From Octopus vulgaris (lineage: Eukaryota): a stretch of 64,000 bases of DNA. Below the pieces are notes generated by a model, which was not told the origin of the DNA, made no database searches, and saw nothing but the letters and a program-made list of their open reading frames with translations. Shown here piece after piece: positions 1 through 12,670 of this stretch (the first letter of the stretch is position 1; each line of letters starts with the position of its first letter). A program made the translations under genes and the position numbers. The DNA lies in NCBI GenBank assembly GCA_951406725.2, contig OX597820.1:95914001-95978000 (forward strand), read 5' to 3'.

Positions 1-183
1 CAGGATGGCTTGACTGATGGCATATGCGTTCTTTTTGAAATGTTGTAAGCCGACAATTTCAAAAGAAAATGTGAGTCAGTTTTTGCAATTCGATGTTTGT
101 AAATAGAAGAATGGGTGCAGAGGTTAGTGTAGAGACTGGCGATGGTGGACAAAATCTTTGTGAAAAGTGGGGGAAACGAGTGG

Positions 184-420
184 GTACATCGAAAAGAGAA
201 TCCTAAATCTTTTTGACTCAGGTAGAAATCTCGTAAAAAAGAAGGGATTTCCTGGCATACAGGATAATATCTATTTCCGTGTTATCGACGGTGACGTACT
301 GCTTGGCGAAGTCTGATGCTTTTAGAAGTAAAGGCCTAGATATTGACGTGTAAAAGTCGACAATATCAAACTGTGTAAATTTGCAGTTATGCTTATGGCT
401 AATCCCTTTGAACCAAATTT
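184..420 (-). mobile_element. Penelope-like element (PLE) reverse transcriptase fragment, pseudogenised
   Basis: Hand translation of the minus strand gives WFKGISHKHNCKFTQFDIVDFYTSISRPLLLKASDFAKQY...IILYARKSLLF...*VKKI*DSLFDVP. This matches the PLE RT pattern FDIxxFYPSI...KALxFA...RKSLLF...WVKK...FDV. Two in-frame stops. Confidence 0.8.
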
Positions 421-500
421 ACGGAGTTTGATATTGTCGACTTTTACCTGTCAATATCTAGGCCTTTGCTTCTAAAAGCATTAGACTTCGCCAAGCAGTA
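297..500. repeat. 76-bp inverted repeat (297-372 / 425-500) duplicating part of the PLE RT
   Basis: The arms are reverse complements with a few mismatches. The + arm reads EFDIVDFYLSISRPLLLKALDFAKQY. Confidence 0.9.
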
Positions 501-504
501 TGTA

Positions 505-1654
505 TCATTGTTTGTGAATTTTGTGTGCTCTCGATTCTGATCCTACTTAGCAGGGGAAATATCGAGTCTAGAATCTCCCCCTTTAAGGGGTGAATTGAAA
601 TTTTTTGCAAACTCAAACACGCACCCAGTATCAGCAGAGTCAAGAAGATATACCAAGAAATGCTACCAGCTGGCGCAAACAGGAAGAAATGAACACAGAA
701 AGAAAACCCAAAATATACTTTAAATGCTATAAAGGATATCCAAATGTATAACAATAAACAAGAATTTACTGACAATAAAAACGAATTGAACAAACATAAG
801 TGATGCGTGTTCGCATCGGTAGCTACTATAAACCTGGCAAACATTCAAATTAACCAACGTGATCTAGAAAAATATAAAAGCTTAGCAAAGCGTGAAGGGA
901 AAAAATATAAATTTCATCCCACCCAGTGATATAATGCAACGAACCGCCAGTAAAACAATAATAGCTAAAACACTTTCACTAAAAACGAAAAAACAGTTGA
1001 ACTTATGACAAAGGAAACCATAGAAAATTGCTTGCAGCCCATTCGAGGCGATACGAAATATGTAGCAAGAGGAAAATTATATGGCACTGTGGAAGTAAGT
1101 TCCGCTTCTGAGGAAGAAGCAAAAGAACACCCCACAGTGCCTTTGCAAATCAACGAACTTGTGCTACTGCTCACCTCCTTCCCTGGGCCGGAAAAGGCAT
1201 GTAACTTTTCTCTGTTTCGTTGCTATAGCGAAAGAGGTCGTGTGGTTGACGAGAGTGAAAGGAATTAAGAAGGGCAACCTTCTCGTTAGCCATGGTTTAA
1301 TAAACTATTTTACAAATCATCTGAAAAGAAAAATAAGGCTAGAGAGAGAGTTGTTACCGCCGCGTACGTTCAGGACTGGATGGATGCCAGTGGCGCGATA
1401 GTTGAGCATGATGTGGCCAACTTGAACGTACTACCGTAGTTGCCTGCGTGAGAGCAGTGCTGGTGCGTGGCTTGTGGGGTTTCCACGCTCAGCATTTCAT
1501 TTTGTTGCCTCATCATTATACCATGTCTAATTTTTATCTTGCTATTTCTTTTTGTTCTTCCATCTGCCCATTCAACCCCATTGTAGAACCTTAATTGTTC
1601 TTGTTTGTCCTGTATTATCCCTCTATGTCGTCCCTAGTGGCTAATAAAGTAATA
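505..1654 (+). mobile_element. Internally deleted Tx1/L1-like LINE, copy 1 (ORF1 N-part joined to ORF2 C-terminus and 3' UTR)
   Basis: ORF1-like TKETIENCLQPIRGDTKYVARGKLYGTVEV..ELVLL is homologous to the ORF1 pieces at 40.4 kb and 41.6 kb. It is followed by ORF2 C-terminal-like PPSLG..FLCFVAIAKEVVWLTRVKG..HLKRKIRLER..W, then a 3' tail with AATAAA at 1643. Confidence 0.7.
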
Positions 1655-1675
1655 CATTTCTTCTTGTGATTTCTG

Positions 1676-2771
1676 CCATTTGCCTATCTACTGTGAATTT
1701 GTGTGTTATCGATTCTAAACTTGCTTAGCAGGGGAAGTATCGAGTTTAGAAATTCCCCATTTAGGTGCGAATTGAACTATTTTTGCAACTTCTTCTTGTG
1801 CAATTTTTTTACACATTTTAAAATTATGGCTTCCAGTCAAAACATAGACAACGTCTCAAATACTAACAGACTCAACGATACGTACCAAGAATGTTCCCAC
1901 CACTTCTTTGTCGTGAATTGGTGGAGTTGAACAAAGCAAATACCGAGAAATATACGACAAATTCTACAAAGGACACCACAATTTGCAACAGCGTAAAGGA
2001 ATTGACCGATAAAGAAAATGAATTAAGCAAACGAAACCAAACCGACATGATTTTGCGTCGGTTGCAACTGTCAACCAGGAAAACATAAAGATTAACCAGT
2101 CAGACCTAGAAAAATATAAACACTTAGCAAAGAGTGAACGGAACAACATAGACTTAACCCCGCCCGGTAATATAATTCAACAAACGGCAAGAAAAACAAT
2201 AATATTTAAACCTCTTTCGCTAAAAACCAAAACAAGCGAATATATACCAAAGAAAACAATACCAAATACGTAGCTAGGGCACTGTGGAGGTATGATTCAC
2301 TCCCGAAGAAGAAGCAAAGGAACATTTCACTGTGCCTTTGAAAACACGCGAACTGGTGCTACTGCCCATTTATATGGGTAAACGTACGCCCAAAATAAAA
2401 ACTGGGGGGGTCCACCAGAAATTGATGTGGTGTGTCTCGTGGCCGCGGTTATACTTGATTTGGAAAGTAGCATTTCCATACTGCAGGACACGAAGCTTCA
2501 CCATACAGGCCGCACAGTAGGATGTCGAGATTTTACCGAATTTAATAAATTTACCAGATGGTACAACCAAGAATGGGAAGAAGTGAGGAAAAATTACCCA
2601 CCTCCTTCCCTTAGCCGAGAAAGGCAGGCAAACTTTTCCTGCGTGGTCGCTATAGCGAAAGAGGTCGTATAACTGAGGAGTGAGAAAGGAATAAAGACAG
2701 GCAACTGTCTCGTTGGTGTGGGTTTAATGAAATATTTCTCATTCCATCTAAAAAAAAGAAAAAATATGGCG

Positions 2772-2811
<40 letters not shown>

Positions 2812-3125
2812 AGTTGTTACCGACGCGTGTGTTTAAGACTAGATGGATGCAATTGGCTCCATTGTTAAGTATGAATATGACCAACTTGAACGGAATACCT
2901 TAGTCTCCCGTGTGAGAGTAGTACTGGGTTGTGGCTTGCGGGGTCTTCATGCCCAGCATTTCAAATTGTTATAGCATAATTTTCATGGAAAATTTATATT
3001 TTGTTAATTCTATTCATATTCGTATTCCATCCGCCCATTCCCCCCTATTGTAGACCTCTATTTGTTCTTGTTTGTCCTGTTTTGTCCGTTTATGTATAGC
3101 ACATTGTGGCCAATTTAAAATAAAA
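1676..3125 (+). mobile_element. Internally deleted Tx1/L1-like LINE, copy 2 (diverged tandem neighbour of copy 1)
   Basis: Same 5' leader (TGTGAATTT..TCGATTCT..CTTAGCAGGGGAA), ORF1 remnant ELVLLPIYMGKRTPKIK, ORF2 end PPSLSRERQANFSCVVAIAKEVV, and the same 3' tail. Confidence 0.7.
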
Positions 3126-3144
3126 TTTCTAACCTAACAACCAC

Positions 3145-3362
3145 ACATATGATTTGTTTATAGTGATCAGATGTTTTTGTAGACATAAGCACATTCCCTC
3201 CATCAAATCGACATTACCTGTACAGGTGCAACGGGTGCCACATGTCAGATGTCGAAATGATCGCAGAGCAACGTGAAATGATGTACTTTGCTCAAGAACA
3301 CAACGCAACGCCCGCTCTGCAATCGTGAGTGCAACACCTTAACCACTAAGCCATACGCCTTC
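3145..3362 (-). mobile_element. tRNA-headed CORE-like SINE (family C), partial
   Basis: Minus strand has an A-box head GGCGTATGGCTTAGTGGTTAAGG followed by TGTGTTCTTGAGCAAAG..TTTCACGTTGCTC, shared with the copy at 15123. Confidence 0.7.
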
Positions 3363-3394
<32 letters not shown>

Positions 3395-3624
3395 CGTGTG
3401 TGTGTCTTTTTGTTTGTATTTGTTCTCCAACACCACTTGACAACTAGTGCTTATGTGTTTACTGTCCGTTATTGTCCAACAAAAGAATCCGATAGAATAA
3501 GTTATGGGCTTTTAAATAAATAAGGGTGGCTGAAGTCTAATGACTGAAACAAGTAAAAGATCTGTGTGTATATATATATGTATATATACGTGTGTCTATA
3601 TATGCATATATGTGCGCGCGCGCG

Positions 3625-3845
3625 TGGCTGTAGGAAGAATTGAGATTCAGTTGAATTAGGTACTTAAGTTGAAGCATCAAGTCAGTCCGGTATTATCCGC
3701 ACAGCTCGAAGTACGGTGAATATATTTAAAATAAGCTACAGGATATCAAATAGTGATGCATTGCGACCGTTTCCAGAGGCTCAATTTAATTGAACAATGC
3801 AATCATTACATCAATTTAAATGCGGTCCCATCTTCAGCTGCACAA
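3625..3845 (-). mobile_element. Probable PLE terminal-repeat relic with a decayed hammerhead-like motif
   Basis: Minus strand CTGAAGA...long stem...GAAACGGTC. The downstream part (GATATCC..GCTTATTT, ACTTAAGTACC, CTGAATCT) recurs at 9152-9320 in the opposite orientation. Confidence 0.4.
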
Positions 3846-4539
3846 ATAAATAAATATAATTTTAACCAGTTGGACACATTTAAGATAATTTTTTCAAATA
3901 CATTAACAGATCAGGAAGATGGAAGAAATTCATGTTGTTGCTGTTATAGCTAAGAATAGACTACACGTCCAAGAATCGCATGAAACCCATTATGGTTATA
4001 GCTTGTAAAGGACTGTGATTTATTTCTAATTCGTATATCTCTTAATCAGCAACGAAATTTAAGATTAGAAGGCTGTTTGTTTCAAATAAAGGGCAACAGT
4101 GAATTGACAGTTCATTGCTCGGTATGGTCATGAATATTGTCATATGCATCCTTTTTCCTCGGGAAGGAAATAATACATTAGCAGTAGTCAATTCGATATA
4201 AAGTAACTGTCTATAAAAAGAGGCTAGGTAGGAGAAGACTTTAAATCGTGACTTTAATTACCAGTTAAAGGGGAAAAACACTAAGAAACTTAGGATGTTA
4301 ATACAGAGGAAATTTTATCTTGGGGCACTATGGGTGAGTGTTGATAAACAATATTGTTATGCAGTATAAAAATAAAATTAAAGATTTTCAAAACTGATAT
4401 CATAACCAAAATAGGTAAAATGTGCGTATATATCAATTATAAACATTAAAAACAAAGGTTTTAAAGAATCACTTTAATATTCCTTCATGTACTTAATTAA
4501 TTAGTTATATGTAGTTTCTATAAAGACTGCTCAGGGCAT

Positions 4540-4685
4540 TTACATGTCAGATGTTGAAATGATCGCAGGGTAACATGAAATGAAGTGATTTGCTCAAAAA
4601 CACAACGCAACGCCCGGCCTGAGTATCGAACCAACGAACTTGCAATCATGAGTGCAATACCTTAATCATTAAGTCATGCGCTTTC

Positions 4686-4686
<1 letters not shown>
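4540..4686 (-). mobile_element. CORE-like SINE (family C), partial
   Basis: Same head and body as 3145-3362; B-box GGTTCGATACTC on the minus strand. Confidence 0.65.
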
Positions 4687-4740
<54 letters not shown>

Positions 4741-5288
4741 ATGTATGTGTGTGTGTCTTTGTGTGTGTCTTTGTGTCTATGTTTGTCCTCCAACACCACT
4801 GGACAACCGGTGCTTATGTACTTACTGTCTGTTACTTACCAGTTCGACAAAAGAAACCAATAGAATAAGTTACGGTCTTTTAAAAAATAAGTACAGGGGT
4901 TGATACATTAGAATGATTTTTCATTGCGATTCCCCAGACGAGGATAAAATAACGAATGCTGGAAAAAATATTCCCTCGTCTGGTCTAACGACACTCCATG
5001 TTTGCTTTCGTTCGCTTTCCTTGTATGTCTCCACTGTCCTGTTTTTGCTGATAACTTTGACCCTACACCAACCCCCAAATATATTATGGCTTTTGTGGGA
5101 GCAGCTGCCTTAGAAGACTCATATTGTTGTTCAATGCGTGAATGAAGAGTAGATAGGCAGCCGACAGAAAGGACGTACTTTATGTTACTTGTCTTGTTTT
5201 CCATTTTTTCTCTTGTTGTTTGCGTATTCAACTCATTCGTTCTCGTATTTCATGTTGTTTACTGTTTGTGATGTCCTGTACCCATAAA

Positions 5289-5363
<75 letters not shown>

Positions 5364-5507
5364 ACATATATATGTATGTATGTATATATATATGTATATA
5401 TGCATATATATATTATTTATATTATTATTTGATTGAACGCTACACACCCATTTCCAAGTAAGTTTATCTTAATATATATATATATGTAAAAGTAGATAAA
5501 CAAGGCA

Positions 5508-5544
<37 letters not shown>

Positions 5545-6533
5545 TGGGCATCATTCAGTGTCGGTCCACTCACAAGACTATGTTCGTCCTGGTGCAATAG
5601 TAAAGAAACTTATCAAAAGTACCACACACAGGAACTGAGCTCAATATGACATGGTGTAACTACATTACAGAAGATCAATATATTAAAAAAAACGAAATAA
5701 ATTAAATAAAATTCCCTAGATTAAAACTTTGTACAAAATAAAATGATCAGTGATTTTTATACTGATGTACCAGGGGAAAATGCAGCAATAATATGCAGTG
5801 TGTTAGAAGCAAATCAACACCAATAGCATATATAAATTATAAGGGATGAAATTCTTGACTTTTGAGAAGTTTGTACGTCTCACGGCAATGAAAACTAATA
5901 GAGTAATCTTAATTATCAAAGTAAATATGCTTAAGCGTTCTTTTTGAAAGAGTTGGCGCCTCATTAAAATCTATATGGTAATGAAATTTTCAAAGACGGC
6001 AAGGGTACATCAACGGAGAGTCACCGAGAGTGAGTTCGAAAGTTAATATATTCTTTAAAGCTGGAGATTATAATCTCTATTAAAGTGATACAGTCCTGAC
6101 AAGTTAACAGAATAATGTCATTGAAGAAATCAAATAGCGCCACAAAAAATTAACACACAGCAAGTCTACGAAGACATTAATTCGAACTTGTTTACGAAAG
6201 CAATAGAAAACAAACTGGAACGCTAACATTTATGCAGTTTCCACTACTCCTCTTGTAGTGAGCTAAAATTAGTTCGACGTAAGTCTGAGCCATGGGTGAG
6301 TCAACTGTTCTGCTGTTGAAAAATAGTATAACGGTGCGTTAAAGAAAAATAGTTGTAATAGAAAATCGAATTGTTATATAAATAACAAAATATGTCCAGC
6401 AGTCAGGAATGAAAGCAAATCTAGTTTATACCATTAAACAATAGAATGGCAAAAATCTATTTGCCAAGAAATGTCTAACTCTTCTTAACAATTTGAAGTT
6501 GACTGTCACTAAAAATACCTATACCAATGAAAG

Positions 6534-6591
<58 letters not shown>

Positions 6592-7420
6592 TTTGCAGTT
6601 GTATGTCAAATATATAGAGTGGTAAGCCAAAGAAAAAAGACAAAAAGACCCCTAAAATACGTAACCACTTCACAGTATAAATATATCTGTTAAAATCAAA
6701 ACCATTGTTCATACACTGGCAAATGTTTTCGAATATATAGTGGCAAGCGTGCTCTGGTATCCACAAATGACAGTAAAGTATAAAGCTATACAAAAGTGAC
6801 AGATAATGCCCTCGTTCATACAATACGGGATCCATTCTAGCGCATGTAATAAGAAAAAAAAAACAATAGGAAAAACTCGTACATCCAATCTATCAGACAT
6901 AGCAGCCATATCTCTTACCAACGGTATTGAAATTCCATGAAAAATGGAGAAATACACTGAACAATATGATCTAAGACATTTAAATCGACAGAATGCCTAG
7001 GGTTACATAACAACATACAAAACTTATGCAGGAAGTACATATTTAGCAAAGGTAAAAGAAATAATGAATTAACACTAGAATGCAATATTCTGTCATTGGA
7101 TCTGTTAAAATAAATGTCATCAAGAGATTGGTATACTTCTTGACAGAAACTCATAATTTCTTGATACAAATTTACAAATTAATCAATAAAATGAAAGGAC
7201 AGTATCGACATGCTGATATTGAAAGAAATCTGCTTATTATTTTTTTCGTGAATTGATTGACAACTCAGAGTTTGAAATCCAAGAAAGAAGAGGCAGTAGA
7301 GTTACAAACAAATATGATATTCAGAAATTATTTTAACGGAACATCACTCAACCAACAGCTTTGCAGTACCAAGTTATATTGAATGCACCCTCACACACAC
7401 ACACACACACACACACATAC

Positions 7421-7451
<31 letters not shown>

Positions 7452-7532
7452 TGTATGTATGTATGTATGTATGTATGTATGTATGTATGTATGCATGTAT
7501 GCATGCATGCATGTATGTATGTATGTATATAA

Positions 7533-7593
<61 letters not shown>

Positions 7594-7617
7594 TACATAT
7601 ATGTATATATATAATTA

Positions 7618-7790
7618 GGCTCGCATTGGCTCAGTGGTTAGGGCAGCGGACTCGCGATTGTAAGATCGCGGTTTCGATTCCCAGAACGATGCTCCAGCAG
7701 AGGGTGGTGATTTCTGCTGTACTCTTTCACCACTCTTTCTTCTGTTGGTCTGCTCCCTTAGCCAGCGGGGTGGAGTCATTCGAAGGCTAA
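7618..7790 (+). mobile_element. tRNA-headed SINE
   Basis: A box TGGCTCAGTGG and B box GTTTCGATTCC, but no closing acceptor stem; continues into a SINE body. Confidence 0.6.
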
Positions 7791-7834
7791 ACCACATACA
7801 CACACACACACATATATATATTCATACATATATA

Positions 7835-7995
7835 CGACGGGCTTCTTTCAGTTTCCGTCTACCAAATCTACTCATAAGTCTTTGGTCGGCCCGTGGCTAT
7901 AGTAGAAGACACTTGCCTGCCCAAGGTGCCACGCAATGGGACTGAACCCGGCACCATGTGGTTGGTAAGCAAGCTACTTACCACACAGCCATTCC
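7835..7995 (-). mobile_element. SINE family A, 5' half
   Basis: Reverse complement of the head GGCTGTGTGGTAAGTAGCTTGC...GGTTCAGTCCC...GGAAACTGAAAGAAG, seen full length at 38964. Confidence 0.8.
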
Positions 7996-9111
7996 TTTAA
8001 TACTGCCTTTAATTATGTCCTCGATGAAGAGACAAGCACATCAGAAATGTTTTTGAGCCTAATTCTGCTTGTTCATGGTTCATCAACGACTAAAAATAAT
8101 TTCTCATGCTACTTTGCTAAACCTTAGTGCAAATAAATTACTTACATATATGTAATAAATAAATTTTACACTTGCAAAATTGTCTTTCAACAACCCATAC
8201 AAGCTATATTTGGTTTAGAAAGAGTAATTATTATTCAATAGCATTGATAAAATGTAATGCAATTTCAGTAGATATGCTTGTATTACATGTTCTCAAATGG
8301 GAATTTTGGTAATATTTAGCAATACTTTTCCATTTTAGATATCTTAACTGTCACCCAACTCAGAGCATATTTCTCTTTACGACGTTTTTGATGTAGCATG
8401 CCTCTTATATTAATATATTTATTTACTGCACCTTCGTACCTCATATCTCTTTCAAACATTTTACAATGAATTGTATGAAAGATATCGTTTCAGCACCGTT
8501 CTCAACTTTATAATTCGTCTGTATCCCATTAATGTAACGACGTTTTACGAATCACAAGCTGTAAGCTGTCAATGGGTATTTTAGTTACAATTTATGGACA
8601 GTTAACGATATGAAACTTCAATAGATAAGCCTATAGAGAAATAACTGATGACACCGTGCCTTTGTTATTGATCAGGGTAGGTTATAAATCTTAAAATCTT
8701 TTACGTTAGAGACATTTTACATTGCGTTATAAACAGAGGAGAGCAACGGAAACTATATTTTCTATGGGTTGCAGATGATGCAAAAAAATACAAAACTGAA
8801 CCAATTTCTTTGACATCTATTTATTGAACACCTTACAGCTTGATGCAGCCGTTCGCCAAACTGAATGAACAAAATAATTACAATTTCCGCATAAAATCAA
8901 TTTATTTATATCGGTAATACTGAATGTGTGTATATATATATATATATATACATATATATATAATTACAAAGTGAGAAAGGGGTTGTGAGTGTAACCCGCT
9001 ATGGGATAACATTTATCCAATATACTGCCAGTAAAGCACCCAGAAATGCTAATACATAAATACATAGTTGATGATTGACTAAAATATATTCCTCCATTTT
9101 CATATATTTTG

Positions 9112-9151
<40 letters not shown>

Positions 9152-9157
<6 letters not shown>

Positions 9158-9320
9158 AATAAGCAACAAGGATATCCAAGGTAGAAACGATTGTACTACA
9201 CTGCCTTGGATATCATTGTTCCTTATGATTATAATCACCCCATTTGATTTATATGGATAATACCATACCAAATGCTGGTGCCTTTAACTTAAGTACCATA
9301 TTCATCTGAATCTAAACTTT
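9152..9320 (+). repeat. PLE-like repeat fragment with an internal foldback
   Basis: GATATCCAAGGTAG and CTGCCTTGGATATC form hairpin arms. The sequence is homologous to 3625-3770 and is flanked by (TA)n. Confidence 0.45.
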
Positions 9321-9326
9321 GCTGAA

Positions 9327-11021
<1,695 letters not shown>

Positions 11022-11038
11022 CAACCTTGGCCAAAGTA

Positions 11039-11138
<100 letters not shown>

Positions 11139-11759
11139 GTGATCATGGAAAGAAGCTATCAGTTACGTCTGTGAAGATAGAATGAGATTTTCTATTGTCT
11201 AATTAATGGAATCGATCTACCCATACTACAGATATTCGTGCCTTTGACATCAAAATGTTGAATTCTTAAAAGGGTTTGGATTTAAAACTGAGTAAGATAG
11301 GAAATTGAATTATGTATTTACGAATTAAATCTTTCGTTCTGTCGTGACTTACCTCATGCCCTGCTAGTTAGGCCGATTGAGCTGATGTATTAATAATCAC
11401 AAGCAAGTAAACCAAAATATTTTATTTCCTGCCTTACTTCATAAAAATATGTTTCTAGGGCAATGTAACGTAAATTTAATTAAGACAGTAAACGATTTAG
11501 TTTATCGAGCTTAGAGAAGCTATAAGCGAAGTGGATTCAAGTAAATGTAAAGAGCCGGATGTAAATACTATACTGTATTTTCCCTGATGCAGACGTTATT
11601 GATAATTCAAATTACAATGATACAATAATGTAGCAATACAAATCATCACCGAATATATCTATCAATAATATTACATATGCAATACGCACATACACACGCG
11701 CACAGACACACACATATTCATACATATAATACATACATATATTCATATATTCATACAAA

Positions 11760-11975
11760 AGGCGGCGAGCTGGCAGAAACGTTAGCACGCCGGGCGAAAT
11801 GCGTAGCCGTATTTCGTCTGCTGTTACGTTCTGAGTTCAAATTCCGCCGAGGTCGACTTTGCCTTTCATTCTTTCGGGGTCGATAAATTAAGTACCAGTT
11901 ACGCCCTGGGGTCGATGTAATCGACATAATCTGTTTGTCCCCTCTGTGTTTAGTCCCTTGTGGGCAGTAGTGAAA
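11760..11975 (+). mobile_element. SINE family B with the Tx1-like tail
   Basis: Head GGCGGCGAGCTGGCAGAA, B box GAGTTCAAATTC, central GTCGACTTTGCCTTTCATxCTTTCGGGGTCGATAAA..GTACCAG, tail TTTGTCCCCTCTGTGTTTAG..TTGTGGG. Confidence 0.85.
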
Positions 11976-12529
11976 TACATATTCATACATATATACATAC
12001 ATGCATACATATGTACATACATGCATACATACGTACAATATATGTATACGTGTTCAAATTCCACCGAGTTAGACCTTGTCTTTCATCCTTTCTCGGTCAA
12101 TTGAAATAGGTACCAGCTGCGCCCTAATGACGAAGTCAACGACTAGCCCCTTCCTACACATTTTAAGCAATGTGCTCATCGTATTTCCTTCATGTTTACA
12201 TTTTGAAGCAATATTTCCGTATTCATAACGAGTACAATTTACGTAGTACACCATATTTGTAAAGATAATAGGATTCATCATGGATATGAATGTTTCTACA
12301 GTTAGAAGTACATTGGGTATATTGGCAGGACACATACATGTACGAGCTTCACTAACCTTTAAATAAATAACATAACTATTATGGGCCACCAAATTTCGAA
12401 CACCTATGAAAGTATTCCCAAACCATAAGAGGAAACGAATTACTAATTTCATTAAAGCGTTACCTGACCATATTCTCGATTTTGTTGTGTATAATTGTAA
12501 ATTTTTCTTTCATAATTGCCTTTTGTTTC

Positions 12530-12670
12530 TGTTGTGTGGCAACCCCCAAACGATGAAGTAGACTAACCCAATACGTAGATACAGAGGGAGAAGCCTAGGC
12601 GTCGGTAGCACAGTGAAGTAGAGTACTAGAGTCGAGTTGAGTAGCGGTCATCCGAACGTGCGACATAACA
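12530..12670. mobile_element. 141-bp solo LTR with a 5-bp TSD
   Basis: TGTTGTGTGGCA...TGCGACATAACA termini (TG..CA, 10/12 inverted match), flanked by GTTTC at 12525-12529 and 12671-12675. Confidence 0.75.

Noticed and set aside
5800-7350. Faint LINE-like peptide motifs (EKFV.L, IGILL, NER)
   Set aside because: Too degraded to assign without a translated search.
7618-7690. tRNA gene candidate
   Set aside because: A and B boxes are present, but there is no acceptor stem and the sequence continues into a SINE body.
4676-7809. Many ORFs with YIYIYI, MYVC or HTHT runs (here and throughout the window)
   Set aside because: They are translations of (AT)n, (ATGT)n and (CA)n microsatellites, not genes.
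12069-12452. 127-aa ORF
   Set aside because: No recognisable motif, and its C-terminus reads through a SINE fragment.
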